A stretch of DNA of 59,722 nt, counting the filler. It is 9 parts of 9 records of this genome, joined end to end, with 100 filler letters (N's around TTAATTAATTAA, not from the genome) between each part and the next. Parts side by side here need not be neighbours in the genome. Positions count along the whole stretch, not along the records: positions 49,492 to 59,722 come from SRR31156797_58812; 8 more parts are not named here. One strand, given 5' to 3'. The notes beneath the pieces were generated by a model. The model was not told the DNA's origin and did no database searches. It saw only the letters and a program-made list of their open reading frames with translations. Positions 49,662 to 59,722 of this stretch are shown piece after piece (position 1 is the stretch's first letter; the number at the start of each line of letters is the position of its first letter). A program made the translations under genes and the position numbers.

Positions 49662-51173
49662 ATGAGTCGGAAAACATACATCGGCGCTATAGACCAGGGA
49701 ACAACCAGCACGCGCTTTGTCATTTTCGACCGGCAGGGCGATATAGCGGCCATTCAACAACTGGAACACAAACAGCATTACCCCCGACCGGGATGGGTCG
49801 AACACGACCCCATGGAAATCAAGGAAAAAACATTCGAAGTCATGAACCGGGCCATGGAAAAAGCAGGCATACGGGCCGACCAGCTTGAAGCTATAGGCGT
49901 GACCAACCAGCGTGAAACAACCGTGGTCTGGAACCCTAAAACCGGGGAGCCATACGCCAACGCCATTGTCTGGCAGGACGCCCGCACGGACGAACTGTGC
50001 AAATCCATGGCCATTGGCGGCGATATGGACTGCTTTCGAGACCGCGTCGGCCTGCCCCTGGCCACGTATTTTTCAGGGCCCAAAATAAAATGGCTGCTGG
50101 ATAACGTTCCCGGATTGAAAGAAGCCTCGGACAATGGCGAAGCCCTGTTCGGCAATATAGATACATGGCTCATTTGGTGGCTTACAGGAGGCCCAAACGG
50201 CGGCGAACACGTCACCGATGTCACCAATGCCGGCCGGACCATGCTCATGAATCTTGAATCCCTTAAATGGGATGACTACATGCTTGAAAATATGGGCGTG
50301 CCTGAAAAGATGCTGCCCCGCATATGTTCATCCAGTGAAATATACGGGTATACAAAAGAAGACGGGGTTTGGGGGCATAAAATACCCGTGGCCGGAGACC
50401 TGGGCGATCAACAGGCGGCCCTGTTCGGACAGGCCTGCTTCAATGTCGGCGAAGCCAAGAACACCTACGGCACCGGCTGCTTTTTGCTCCTTAACACCGG
50501 AACCAAACTGGTGAAGTCAACCCACGGTCTTTTGACAACGCTGGCCTACAAGCTGGGCGACGAAGACGTTGTGTACGCCCTCGAAGGCTCCATTGCCATG
50601 GCCGGCTCTCTCGTTCAGTGGTTTAGAGACGGCTTCGGCCTGATCAAGGAATCTCCGGAAATTGAAACCCTGGCCCGATCAGTCGAAGACAGCGGCGGCA
50701 TTTATTTCGTCCCCGCCTTTACAGGCCTTTTCGCGCCCCACTGGAGAAGCGACGCCAGAGGCCTCATTATCGGCCTGACCCATTACATAAACAAGGGCCA
50801 TATCGCCCGCGCCGTTCTCGAAGCCACGGCGTACCAGACCAGGGAAGTCTTTGACGCCATGGAAAAAGACTCGGGCATCAAGCTGGCCGCGCTAAAAGTG
50901 GACGGCGGCATGGTCGCCAATGAACTCCTGATGCAGTTTCAGGCCGACCTTTTGGGCATATCCGTTATAACTCCGACCATGACTGAAACCACTGTGCTGG
51001 GCGCGGCTTACGCCGCCGGATTTGCCGTGGGATTCTGGCAGGGCACGGAAGAGTTGGCCGCCGTTTACAAGGCCGATAGAAAATGGGCCCCGGCCATGGC
51101 CGAGGATAAAATGGAACAGCTCTACTCGGGGTGGCTCAAGGCGGTAAAAAGAACTTACGGCTGGATTGAATAA
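49662..51173 (+). CDS. glpK: Glycerol kinase
   Basis: [43 protein letters not shown] and YALEG. Confidence 0.97.
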   Translation: MSRKTYIGAIDQGTTSTRFVIFDRQGDIAAIQQLEHKQHYPRPGWVEHDPMEIKEKTFEVMNRAMEKAGIRADQLEAIGVTNQRETTVVWNPKTGEPYANAIVWQDARTDELCKSMAIGGDMDCFRDRVGLPLATYFSGPKIKWLLDNVPGLKEASDNGEALFGNIDTWLIWWLTGGPNGGEHVTDVTNAGRTMLMNLESLKWDDYMLENMGVPEKMLPRICSSSEIYGYTKEDGVWGHKIPVAGDLGDQQAALFGQACFNVGEAKNTYGTGCFLLLNTGTKLVKSTHGLLTTLAYKLGDEDVVYALEGSIAMAGSLVQWFRDGFGLIKESPEIETLARSVEDSGGIYFVPAFTGLFAPHWRSDARGLIIGLTHYINKGHIARAVLEATAYQTREVFDAMEKDSGIKLAALKVDGGMVANELLMQFQADLLGISVITPTMTETTVLGAAYAAGFAVGFWQGTEELAAVYKADRKWAPAMAEDKMEQLYSGWLKAVKRTYGWIE

Positions 51174-51209
51174 GCCACTCAGTGATTTTTCCGGCAGGAT
51201 GACGGCAAT

Positions 51210-52844
51210 ATGAAAAAGATCGAAACCCAGGCCGTGATTATCGGCGGCGGCGGCACCGGGGCCGGGACTCTGCGGGATTGCGCCTTGCGAGGCATCAAAG
51301 CGATCCTGGTGGAAAAAAACGACCTGGCTTCGGGCACTACCGGCCGGAATCACGGACTCCTGCACTCGGGCGCCCGGTACGCGGTCAAAGACAGGGAATC
51401 CGCGGTCGAATGCATTGCCGAAAACAGAGTTCTGCGAAACGTGGCCCACCACTGCATCGAAGACACAGGCGGCCTGTTCGTTACCCTGCCCGGCGACGAT
51501 CCGGCATACCATGACAGCCTCCTGGCCTCCTGCGCCGACGCCGGCATTAAATGCCGGGAAATCAGCGTCTCCCAAGCCAGGGAAATAGAACCCAATGTCA
51601 ACCCGAATATTGTCAGGGCCCTGACCGCCCCGGACGCCGTGGTCGATCCATTTCGCCTGACCGCTTCAAATGTCCTGGACGCCCGGGAACGAGGGGCCGG
51701 CGTGTACACGCACACCGAAGTCGTCAGGCTCATCAGGCAGGGAACCCGCATCACGGGAGTAGAGTGCTACGATAAGGCGGCCCGGGAAACGTTTGAAATA
51801 TACGCTCCGGTCATTATCAACGCCGGCGGGGTCTGGGGACAGAAAATCTGCCAAACCGCGGATATAGAACTCAGAATGTTTCCCTCCAAGGGATCCATGG
51901 TCATCATCGACTACCGCATAAATAATGTCGTGGTAAACCGCTGCCGCCCGCCGGCGGACGGCGATATCCTTGTTCCCGGGGACACCGTATCCCTTATCGG
52001 GACCACTTCTAAAAAAATACCCTATGAAAAAATAGACGAAACAGTAGTCGACGAAGATGAAATCGAAGTCCTTTTGGCCGACGGCGAAATGCTAGTTCCA
52101 AATCTATCCGCAACCAGGGTTCTAAGGGCCTATTGCGGGGTCAGGCCCCTGGTCGCCGTCCAGGGCCGGGAATACGGCCGGGATATTTCCAGGGGCATCG
52201 TGCTTATCGATCACCATGAACGCGACGGCCTGGATGGACTGATCACCATTGCCGGCGGCAAGCTCATGACCTACCGACTCATGGCGGAAATGACCGTCGA
52301 CATGGTCGGTAAAAAACTCGGCAATGGAAAACCCTGTCGCACCCACGAAACCCCGCTGCCCGGTTCGGAAAAGAGGGTCCCCCCAAAGAGAAAAGTAAAA
52401 CAGTTCAGCGGAATTGACGAATCAGTCGTCGGGTCGACCCATTTTCGCCACGGTGAAAGGATACACCGCATTCTGGGGGAAAAAACCGAGAATTACGGTC
52501 TGATCTGTGAATGCGAAATGGTCACTGCCGGAGAAGTCCAATACGCCCTGCAGAACCTCGAAGTCAAGGATATTGTCGACTTGAGAAGGCGCACCCGGGT
52601 TGGAATGGGGCCTTGCCAGGGCGAAATCTGTTCTTACCGGGCCGCGGGCCTGTTCGAGGAATTGACTTCCGCCAAAGGCGATCAGGCAACAGATATGCTG
52701 ATTGATTTTCTGGAAGAAAGGTGGAAAGGAATACGCCCGGTTCTGTGGGGAGACGCCCTCAGGGAAACCGAATTCACCTATTGGATATACCAGGGACTTT
52801 TTGGAATAGACGGCCTTCAGGCGCCGGAACAGGATGACCCGTGA
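51210..52844 (+). CDS. glpA: Anaerobic glycerol-3-phosphate dehydrogenase subunit A
   Basis: GTTGRNHGLLHSGARYAV, GGKLMTYRLMAE, CECE..RRTRVGMG.CQG..C and ERWKG..PVLWG. Confidence 0.96.
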   Translation: MKKIETQAVIIGGGGTGAGTLRDCALRGIKAILVEKNDLASGTTGRNHGLLHSGARYAVKDRESAVECIAENRVLRNVAHHCIEDTGGLFVTLPGDDPAYHDSLLASCADAGIKCREISVSQAREIEPNVNPNIVRALTAPDAVVDPFRLTASNVLDARERGAGVYTHTEVVRLIRQGTRITGVECYDKAARETFEIYAPVIINAGGVWGQKICQTADIELRMFPSKGSMVIIDYRINNVVVNRCRPPADGDILVPGDTVSLIGTTSKKIPYEKIDETVVDEDEIEVLLADGEMLVPNLSATRVLRAYCGVRPLVAVQGREYGRDISRGIVLIDHHERDGLDGLITIAGGKLMTYRLMAEMTVDMVGKKLGNGKPCRTHETPLPGSEKRVPPKRKVKQFSGIDESVVGSTHFRHGERIHRILGEKTENYGLICECEMVTAGEVQYALQNLEVKDIVDLRRRTRVGMGPCQGEICSYRAAGLFEELTSAKGDQATDMLIDFLEERWKGIRPVLWGDALRETEFTYWIYQGLFGIDGLQAPEQDDP

Positions 52845-54157
52845 AATACGACTGCATTATAATCGGCGGCGGACTGGCCGGCCTGACCTGCGGAATAAAG
52901 TGCTGTTTGGCCGGACTGAAATGCGCTGTCTTTTCCGCGGGCATGAGCGCCCTGCATTTTTCATCCGGTTCCCTGGATGTGCTCGGCCATCATCCCGGCC
53001 GCGAAGTTGTTTTCGAACCTTTCGACGCCCTCCCGTCTTTTCTGGAATCCAGGCCCGACCATCCCTATGCCAGGTTGAGCCCGGATTTCATTTATGACAG
53101 CCTGGATTTCCTCAGGGAACAAGCAGTCCAGCGCGGGCTTAAGTTTTATGCCAATGGCCGGCGAAACCATTTCCATGTCACCGCCCTGGGTTCGCTCAAA
53201 CCCACTTACTTGTCCCAGGACAGCGTTTTTAATGACAAAATCAAGCAGGCCTTTGAAAAAGGCCTGTCCATAGCCATCCTGACCTATGACGGCTTCAGGG
53301 ATTTTCATCCCGGCCTGGCCGCGGCCAACCTATCCAGGCACGCACTTTTCAAAAACGCTCAAGTCGCCACCGGCTCTATATCTCTGCCCGATTCAGCCCG
53401 CAGGATACTCGGCAATCCGGGCGACAAAAAAATCCATGAACTCCGCTCCATGGATATCTGCCGCCTTATGGAAATAAACGAAGTTGTGGACGACATTGCC
53501 AAAAGTATAAACCGGGTCGCCGGAGACGCTCTACTGGTGGGCTTGCCCGCCGTCCTCGGCCTGACCGGTTTTTCCGATATCCTGAAAAAGCTTGAAGAAA
53601 AAACCGGCCGCCTGATCTATGAAGCCCCGACCCTGCCGCCCTCCATACTGGGCATGCGCATTGATGACGCCCTTAAAAGCAGGTTCGCCGACCTGGGCGG
53701 CGTATATATCGCCGGAGACCGGGTCGTGGGCGGAACAATCACGGACGGCAGGCTGGATCACGTCCACACCAAGAATTACGGCCCGGCCAGGTTGCGGGCA
53801 GACCATTTTGTCCTGGCCGCGGGCAGCTTTTTCAGCGGCGGACTGGTTTCGGAATTCAAAACCATGCGGGAACCTGTCTTCGGACTGGATATTCACTTTC
53901 AACAAACACGGGAGGACTGGTCTTCCAAACGCTATTTTGATACCGGCGGGCATCCGTTTATTTCTTTCGGAGTGGAAACCGATGACCGGTTCAGGCCGTC
54001 CATTGCAGGAAAAACAATAGAGAATCTGTACTGCGCGGGCGCAGTGCTCGCCCATTACGACCCGGTTTTGGAAGGAAGCGGCGCGGGCGTGGCTGTGGGG
54101 ACCGCGTACGCGGCCGCCCAAAACATACTTCAAAAAAGTAATATTAAGGCACAATGA
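52841..54157 (+). CDS. glpB: Anaerobic glycerol-3-phosphate dehydrogenase subunit B
   Basis: IIGGGLAGL, SALHFSSGSLD, PTLPPS.LG.R, GSFFS.GL and GSGAGVA. Confidence 0.95.
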   Translation: MKYDCIIIGGGLAGLTCGIKCCLAGLKCAVFSAGMSALHFSSGSLDVLGHHPGREVVFEPFDALPSFLESRPDHPYARLSPDFIYDSLDFLREQAVQRGLKFYANGRRNHFHVTALGSLKPTYLSQDSVFNDKIKQAFEKGLSIAILTYDGFRDFHPGLAAANLSRHALFKNAQVATGSISLPDSARRILGNPGDKKIHELRSMDICRLMEINEVVDDIAKSINRVAGDALLVGLPAVLGLTGFSDILKKLEEKTGRLIYEAPTLPPSILGMRIDDALKSRFADLGGVYIAGDRVVGGTITDGRLDHVHTKNYGPARLRADHFVLAAGSFFSGGLVSEFKTMREPVFGLDIHFQQTREDWSSKRYFDTGGHPFISFGVETDDRFRPSIAGKTIENLYCAGAVLAHYDPVLEGSGAGVAVGTAYAAAQNILQKSNIKAQ

Positions 54158-54161
54158 TCCG

Positions 54162-55361
54162 GTGACCATTAACCTTGAAAACATAAGTTTTGACCATTGC
54201 ATCAAATGCACTGTCTGCACCGTGTACTGCCCGGTTGCCAGGGCTTCGGCCCTGTTTCCCGGCCCGAAGCAATCCGGGCCGGACGCCGAACGGTTGAGGA
54301 TTAAAAATCCCGAACTTCTGGATGAATCCCTCAAATACTGCAGCAATTGCAAAAGGTGCGAAATCGCCTGTCCTTCCGACGTTAAAATTCCGGATATTAT
54401 TCAAAACGCCAAGTGGAATTACACCAAGGGAAAAATCCGCCTTCGCGATTTCCTGTTAAGCCGCACCGATCTGTTGGGCCAGACATCCACCCGGATGGGT
54501 CCCCTGGTCAATATGACCGCGAATTCAAAAGCCCTCCGGCGCATAATGGACTTAAGCCTGGGAATATCCGCCCAAAGGGTTTTTCCGAATTATGAAAACG
54601 GGACTTTTGCGGCCTGGTTTCGAAGCAGCGCTCCCAACCAGGATAATTATGATGAAAAAGTAGTCTATTTTCACGGCTGCTATGTAAATTACAATAACCA
54701 CGATTTGGGCCGCGACGTCGTAAAAGTAATGAACGCCCTAAATGTCGGCGTGGTTGTCGTTAATGAAAAATGCTGCGGTACGCCCCTTATTGCCAACGGC
54801 TACATGCAAAAGGCCAAAAAAAACGCCCTGTTCAATCTGAAGTCGCTTGCAGTCGCGGCCCAATCCCATGGCGCGGCCATTATCAGTTCGTCGTCCACCT
54901 GCGCCATGACCCTTAAGCATGAATACCCGGGACTGTTGAATTTGGATAATTCAGACATTGCCGACCGCCTGGATTACATAACCCGGTTCATCAGCCGCAG
55001 GATCGAACAAAACGGCGCCCCGGAAATGAAGCCTTTAAACCTGACCGTGGTCTACCATGTGCCCTGTCATTTAGAACGCATGGGCGGCGCCCTGGACACC
55101 ATCGACCTGCTGCAAAGTATTCCGGGGGTGGATTTAAAGCTTATTCATTCCGAATGCTGCGGTATTTCCGGTACATACGGTTTTAAAAGCGAACTTTACG
55201 ACATTTCCCAAAAGATCGGTGAAGACGTTTTCAAACGAATTGAAGAAGTCAAACCAGATGTGGTGGTCACGGACTGTGAAACCTGCAAATGGCAGATAGA
55301 AATGAACACGCCCTACGAAACCCTCCACCCGGTCACTTTAATGGCCAGGGCCTTGGGTTAG
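54162..55361 (+). CDS. glpC: Anaerobic glycerol-3-phosphate dehydrogenase subunit C
   Basis: CIKCTVCTVYCP, PGPKQSGPD.ERLR, CSNCKRCEIACP and two CCG domains. Confidence 0.96.
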   Translation: MTINLENISFDHCIKCTVCTVYCPVARASALFPGPKQSGPDAERLRIKNPELLDESLKYCSNCKRCEIACPSDVKIPDIIQNAKWNYTKGKIRLRDFLLSRTDLLGQTSTRMGPLVNMTANSKALRRIMDLSLGISAQRVFPNYENGTFAAWFRSSAPNQDNYDEKVVYFHGCYVNYNNHDLGRDVVKVMNALNVGVVVVNEKCCGTPLIANGYMQKAKKNALFNLKSLAVAAQSHGAAIISSSSTCAMTLKHEYPGLLNLDNSDIADRLDYITRFISRRIEQNGAPEMKPLNLTVVYHVPCHLERMGGALDTIDLLQSIPGVDLKLIHSECCGISGTYGFKSELYDISQKIGEDVFKRIEEVKPDVVVTDCETCKWQIEMNTPYETLHPVTLMARALG

Positions 55362-55404
55362 TAGAATAATATTGTTTATTGATTCTAGCTGAAAGGTTGG
55401 GCGC

Positions 55405-55425
55405 CATGGCCGCTTGGCGGCCATG
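55405..55425. terminator. Hairpin between convergent glpC and the Fe-S gene
   Basis: CATGGCCGC-TTG-GCGGCCATG. Confidence 0.55.
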
Positions 55426-55462
55426 CTGAGACCAAAAAAGGATTCACCATTCCTTTCCCAAG

Positions 55463-56674
55463 TTATTGTCTAATTCTGCTCGCCCCGCCAAAAACCCGCC
55501 TCGCAAACACTACGGCTGAATTAGCCGCATGTCCCGGCAGAATTTTGTATATCAGACGAAGGCGGCTTTGTTCCGGTTCCGGCGGCGCCTCCACGGGCCT
55601 AAGCTCCAAAGCTTCAAACTTGCAGGCTATTACGCACAATCCGCAACCGATGCACCTGGCGGAATTAAAATATAGTCCGTCTTCATCCCCGATCCATGCG
55701 TCCATGGGGCAGATCCTGGCGCACTTCATGCATATTGTGCAATTTTCAATATTTCTGTCCGGCAGGAAATGCGGACGGCTGATAATACCGGGAATGTTGA
55801 ATTCCTTGGCCGTCCTGAGTCCGTGACAACAGCAGCCGCAGCAGGAGCAGCTTGAGTTGCCCCATGATCCGCCCGCGTTTATCATCCAGGACACGCATCC
55901 GTTCTCTTCAGCATCCCTTTTAATGGCAATGGCTTCATCCTTGTCTATGGCGCGCATCATGTTCCGGTCAATCACGGCCTGGGCCGCCGGCCCGAAAGCC
56001 AGGCAGTTTTCCGTGGGCTTGCCGCAGCCTTTTCCGACAAATTCCATGGCCATCCGGCATTGACAATGCCCCACGGCAAAAAGATCGAAAGGTTCAAGAA
56101 GCTCTTCCAGCTTTTGCGAAGGCCAGGCCCGGTGAAGCGTGTCCTGCACCCCGCGGACCGGCAAATACCTGACCGGCGCTTTTGTATAACGATGGTAATC
56201 CGCCATGTAGCCCGTCTCCCAGATCCGCTCGAAAATCTCGGAAAACTTCCGGTGCCACTCATTGCGGGAAGACAAGTCCGTTGTCATGAGGGCCATTTCA
56301 AACGTTCCGGGCACAACCGGTAAAATTGTATATTTGCGAGGATTTCCCCCCGCCAGTATAACTCTTTTCAAATCAGCGCAATGGTCCAGCCTTTGGCGCG
56401 CAACATTTAAGGGCAAGCCCGAGCGCTTGGCTACTGTCTCGACGGTCTGGGGCCTTAAAATGGGCAGATGCCTGACAACTTCCGCTTCGTCTTCCGTAAA
56501 CATGTGGGCGACCAGTTCGACCAGTATGTCTGAAGCAGGCGGGCCGCCCATCCAGGGCGAGGCATAACGCCTCATTATCTTTAAATGGTCGGCTGTGACA
56601 ACGCGGGCTGAAGTGAAATCAGTAAGATTTTTATTAATTGAAATAATTCGGCTGGTAAGCCGGGATTCGTTCAT
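55463..56674 (-). CDS. Cys-rich 4Fe-4S dicluster protein (same family as 26916-28052)
   Basis: HCQCR..C...C, CSCCGCCC, CTICMKCARICP and CIGCGLCVIACK. Confidence 0.87.
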   Translation of the reverse strand: MNESRLTSRIISINKNLTDFTSARVVTADHLKIMRRYASPWMGGPPASDILVELVAHMFTEDEAEVVRHLPILRPQTVETVAKRSGLPLNVARQRLDHCADLKRVILAGGNPRKYTILPVVPGTFEMALMTTDLSSRNEWHRKFSEIFERIWETGYMADYHRYTKAPVRYLPVRGVQDTLHRAWPSQKLEELLEPFDLFAVGHCQCRMAMEFVGKGCGKPTENCLAFGPAAQAVIDRNMMRAIDKDEAIAIKRDAEENGCVSWMINAGGSWGNSSCSCCGCCCHGLRTAKEFNIPGIISRPHFLPDRNIENCTICMKCARICPMDAWIGDEDGLYFNSARCIGCGLCVIACKFEALELRPVEAPPEPEQSRLRLIYKILPGHAANSAVVFARRVFGGASRIRQ

Positions 56675-56762
56675 ACTAAATCCTTATTCTAATATATTGA
56701 AATCGGTCTTCAAGGCCCCATCTGATACCAGAGGCGCCTCAAACCGGGATATGATGCAGACC

Positions 56763-57554
56763 TCAAATAAAACTTATCTTCAATGCATTCCGCTCTGGTA
56801 TTTTGGCAAATTTATACACCGGATAGCCGAACATCAACGCTCCGGCCACTTTACGGCCTTCCGGCAGGTTGAGTTCATTTTTCAATGGTTCGTATTCCGT
56901 AGCGGCGCGCGTAAAAAACCCGGCCCAGCACGTTCCCAGTCCCAATGATTTTGCTGTAAGCTCCAGGTAGGAAATGGCGGTGGCCGCATCCGTCATTGCC
57001 CAGAAAAAATCAGTCGGCATGGTTACAATAGCCAGGTGAGGCGCATCGCGCAAAAGAATATCATTTCCCTGTTCCCATTGCTCGATGATTTCCTCGTAAC
57101 CATCCTTTCCCCTGAGCCAGTCATTCAATATGCCAGCCATGCGCTTCACTTTCCCGGCATCTTTTACAATAAGCCATTCCCAGTTTTGAGTGTTGCTGGC
57201 CGTGGGCGACCACCGGGTAATATTCATCCATTTCAATATCAACTCGTCAGGAACGGATTCATCCTTGAAAGTGCGATATGACCTTCGGGACATGATGTAT
57301 TTGGCTGCCTGTTCGTAAGGCAAAATGTCGCTTCGTCTCGCGTCCTCAAGGTTATCGGGTTCAATCCCCTGGTATGAAATCGCTCCCTTGGGGCAAACCG
57401 CGATGCAGTGCCAGCACTTTACACAGTATTTTTCAAACAGTGACCGATTAATGACCGGATAGCCTTCATCATCTTTTTCATACATAAATCCATATGCGCA
57501 TTCGTCAATACAGATATAATCCTTGTTACATAGGGTTCTGTCGATTTTTATCAT
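56763..57554 (-). CDS. Nitroreductase with N-terminal ferredoxin domain
   Basis: CVKCWHCIAVCP, RRSYR.F, SPTASN.Q.W and LGLGTCWAG. Confidence 0.92.
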   Translation of the reverse strand: MIKIDRTLCNKDYICIDECAYGFMYEKDDEGYPVINRSLFEKYCVKCWHCIAVCPKGAISYQGIEPDNLEDARRSDILPYEQAAKYIMSRRSYRTFKDESVPDELILKWMNITRWSPTASNTQNWEWLIVKDAGKVKRMAGILNDWLRGKDGYEEIIEQWEQGNDILLRDAPHLAIVTMPTDFFWAMTDAATAISYLELTAKSLGLGTCWAGFFTRAATEYEPLKNELNLPEGRKVAGALMFGYPVYKFAKIPERNALKISFI

Positions 57555-57586
57555 TAGCTAAATCCTCTATATTGTATTGGCTTAAT

Positions 57587-57616
57587 AGCGGCAGGCCTGA
57601 ACGCCCGCCTGCCGCT
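57587..57616. terminator. Hairpin between cupin and nitroreductase genes
   Basis: AGCGGCAGGC / GCCTGCCGCT form a 10-bp stem. Confidence 0.5.
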
Positions 57617-57624
57617 TCGATAAA

Positions 57625-57981
57625 TCATTCGGGTTGTTTTTCTCTTTTGGCCCTGGGCCCTCCGAATGCATTTATCACCCTTGTACCCGCGACCCCCTCG
57701 CCGGCATGGACCCGCCCTTTGGGAATAATATATTCCATGCCCGGCGACAAACAGGTTTTTTCACCATCAATTATAACCGTATATTGGCCTTCTATCACCA
57801 ATATGTATTCATCATAGTCATGGACATGTTCGGAAGACGATGCGGTTTCATGACATATCCATATAGCTATCTGGCTCCCGTCCGCGCCGTCGTACAAATA
57901 CCCTTCAATACCCTTGGTGTATTGGGATGCCGTGGATATCCGGTTTGCGGGATTCCGCATGAATTCAGGAAAATTATTCAT
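57625..57981 (-). CDS. Cupin-domain protein
   Basis: HVHDYDEY..V.EG and PG....IPKGRVH. An alternative start lies at 57999. Confidence 0.88.
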   Translation of the reverse strand: MNNFPEFMRNPANRISTASQYTKGIEGYLYDGADGSQIAIWICHETASSSEHVHDYDEYILVIEGQYTVIIDGEKTCLSPGMEYIIPKGRVHAGEGVAGTRVINAFGGPRAKREKQPE

Positions 57982-58318
57982 AGGGTCGCCTTTCGCCATT
58001 TTTACCCGAACATGATACTCAATTCTGTTCCCTGGGTCCAGTTGGTCGTGGAGTCATAAATTGTGGGGTTACTTTTTGCTAATCCAACCGTGTATAAGGA
58101 AATCACTGAATGAAGTTCATGTCCGCAAAGGTCGACCAGACCGGCGCCTCCAATACTATCTTGCCATCTTCTCATTGATCATTGCCAGCGACCTCCTGCA
58201 ACACTCGTTCTCAAATCATTAAGCCCGCTAATAAGGGCTTGCTTCCATAGCCTGTCATTTCATATGCTGCATAATCCGCTAATTTCAAGCGCTTTCGAGG
58301 CTCCCTGGACAAGAAACC

Positions 58319-58370
58319 TTGACATGGCAATTATTTAAGAGTAATACTGCTATTTCTTTTTATAAAAAGA
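58319..58370 (+). promoter_or_regulatory. Putative sigma-70 promoter with downstream palindromic operator
   Basis: TTGACA (58319), a weak -10 TAATAC(T) 17 bp later, and the perfect 16-bp palindrome TCTTTTTATAAAAAGA (58355-58370). Confidence 0.45.
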
Positions 58371-58398
58371 GTTCTACTTCTCTCGCGGATTGTGCACT

Positions 58399-59496
58399 AT
58401 GGATACTAAAAATCTGCCCCCTCAACTCAATTACCTGAACATAGAGAACCTTCATAAAAATTACGGATCAGTGAAAGCCCTGGACGGGGTTAGTCTGTCC
58501 GCGGCCAAAGGCGAGTTTTTAACTTTCCTGGGGCCGTCGGGTTCAGGCAAAACCACCTTGTTGATGACTGTGGCCGGTTTTACCATGCCGTCCAAGGGGA
58601 ATGTCGTCCTTGATGGAGAAGATCTGACTCAAATCCCGCCCTACGACCGGGGGCTGGGCATGGTCTTCCAGGACTATGCACTCTTTCCGCATATGAAGGT
58701 TTTCGACAATGTGGCCTTTCCCCTTAAACTCCGAAAAATGGGCTCACGCGATATAAAACGGCTGACGAATGAAGCCCTGGAACTGGTCAAATTGGGCGAC
58801 TTGGGCGCCCGGGCGCCGTCTCAGTTGAGCGGCGGGCAGCAGCAGAGGGTGGCCCTGGCCAGGGCCCTGGTCTTCCGCCCCCGTCTGTTATTGATGGATG
58901 AACCCCTGGGCGCCCTGGATAAAAAACTCCGTGAAGAAATGCAGATTGAACTGAAGCACATTCAGCGCCAGGTGGGCATTACCGTGCTGTCGGTCACCCA
59001 TGACCAGGAAGAGGCCCTCACTCTTTCGGATCGGATTGCCGTCATCAACGAAGGACGGTTGGAACAGATCGGGACGGCCCACGATATCTATGAAAAGCCT
59101 GCCAATAGATTTGTCGCGGATTTTATCGGAGAAACCAACTTTATCGAAGGAACGGTCAAATCTGTAAATGGTAACTCGATAATCTTGACCAGCAGTCCCA
59201 TTGAAACCATCCGGCTGCCCATGCCGGATGAGGCAGTCGAAGCAGGGGCCAAAATGGCCGTATCGATTCGCCCGGAAAAGATATCCCTCATCACAGGCGG
59301 GAATGACATGCAGTGCCGCGTGGAAGGCCTGGTTCAGGAAGTTATCTACATGGGGGACGTGACCAAGTATTACATACAATTGCCGGACGAAAGCCGTCTT
59401 GTGGTCAAGCAGCATAATAAAGACAGTAATCAAACGCCCGCTGTAGGCGACCGGGCGGTTGTCGGCTGGAACCAGATGAACGCCATCGTTCTGTAG
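58399..59496 (+). CDS. Polyamine-type ABC transporter ATPase (PotA-like)
   Basis: GPSGSGKTT, VFQDYALFPHM, LSGGQQQRVALARA, DEPLGALDKKLR and a C-terminal TOBE domain. Confidence 0.92.
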   Translation: MDTKNLPPQLNYLNIENLHKNYGSVKALDGVSLSAAKGEFLTFLGPSGSGKTTLLMTVAGFTMPSKGNVVLDGEDLTQIPPYDRGLGMVFQDYALFPHMKVFDNVAFPLKLRKMGSRDIKRLTNEALELVKLGDLGARAPSQLSGGQQQRVALARALVFRPRLLLMDEPLGALDKKLREEMQIELKHIQRQVGITVLSVTHDQEEALTLSDRIAVINEGRLEQIGTAHDIYEKPANRFVADFIGETNFIEGTVKSVNGNSIILTSSPIETIRLPMPDEAVEAGAKMAVSIRPEKISLITGGNDMQCRVEGLVQEVIYMGDVTKYYIQLPDESRLVVKQHNKDSNQTPAVGDRAVVGWNQMNAIVL

Positions 59497-59571
59497 GCAT
59501 TGTGTGTTCATAAAAGGCGTCGGTTTGAATTTTCAATAAGCACGGATGTTAACTGGGAAAAGGAGGAGGAT

Positions 59572-59722
59572 ATGGACAGCAAAAAGATTACTCGTAGATC
59601 TTTTCTTAAAAAGGGGGCGATTGCGGCCGGAGCGTTGAGTCTCGGAACCGGTCCTCAGTTGCTTCTGCCCCGCAAAGGGCAGGCGGCCGCGGATAAAGGT
59701 CCCATAGTCTTCTGCACGTACG
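59572..59722 (+). CDS. Tat-exported ABC substrate-binding protein, 3' truncated
   Basis: SD AGGAGG; MDSKKITRRSFLKKGAIAAGALSLG carries a twin-arginine motif; follows the ABC ATPase. Confidence 0.8.
   Translation, partial: MDSKKITRRSFLKKGAIAAGALSLGTGPQLLLPRKGQAAADKGPIVFCTY

Noticed and set aside
58002-58175. 57-aa minus-strand ORF MRRWQDSIGG... upstream of the cupin gene
   Set aside because: No motif or convincing codon bias; probably intergenic or decayed sequence.

Overview
This window is not one chromosome region. It is nine unrelated contig fragments joined by 100-bp artificial spacers (N44-TTAATTAATTAA-N44), probably from a metagenome of an anoxic community. Taxonomic labels below are inferred from gene content and composition. 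(1) 1-8381, Desulfobacteraceae-like: RNB nuclease, Smr protein, mltG, a radical SAM enzyme, hemW, then an eutS-eutV-eutW module behind an intact ANTAR dual-hairpin/terminator leader. (2) 8482-13732, alphaproteobacterial-like: PadR, RND efflux pair, Crp/Fnr regulator, start of kduI. (3) 13833-19701: a c-di-GMP signalling cluster with an HD-GYP phosphodiesterase and a kaiB coupled to a REC-PAS-PAS-HisKA-REC-GGDEF protein that has no ATPase domain. No kaiC is present on this fragment. (4) 19802-28175: sdhB, a spermidine-synthase-like protein, a frameshifted C45 peptidase, an alpha/beta hydrolase, a 620-aa helical-repeat protein behind a near-consensus sigma-28 promoter, and an Fe-S protein. (5) 28276-33371: peptide/nickel-type ABC transporter. 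(6) 33472-38500: nonulosonate-type sugar cluster with a B12 radical SAM gene. (7) 38601-44289, AT-rich Bacteroidota-like: yhhQ-queC-queF, ppx and caa3-type oxidase genes. (8) 44390-49391, spirochaete-like: HEAT-repeat lipoprotein, galU, GT2. (9) 49492-59722: glpK-glpABC, an Fe-S protein, nitroreductase, cupin and a potA-type ABC system. The most promising leads are the ANTAR/eut circuit in an apparent sulfate reducer, the kaiB-diguanylate cyclase module, the sigma-28 repeat protein, and a three-hairpin tandem leader upstream of the radical SAM-hemW pair.
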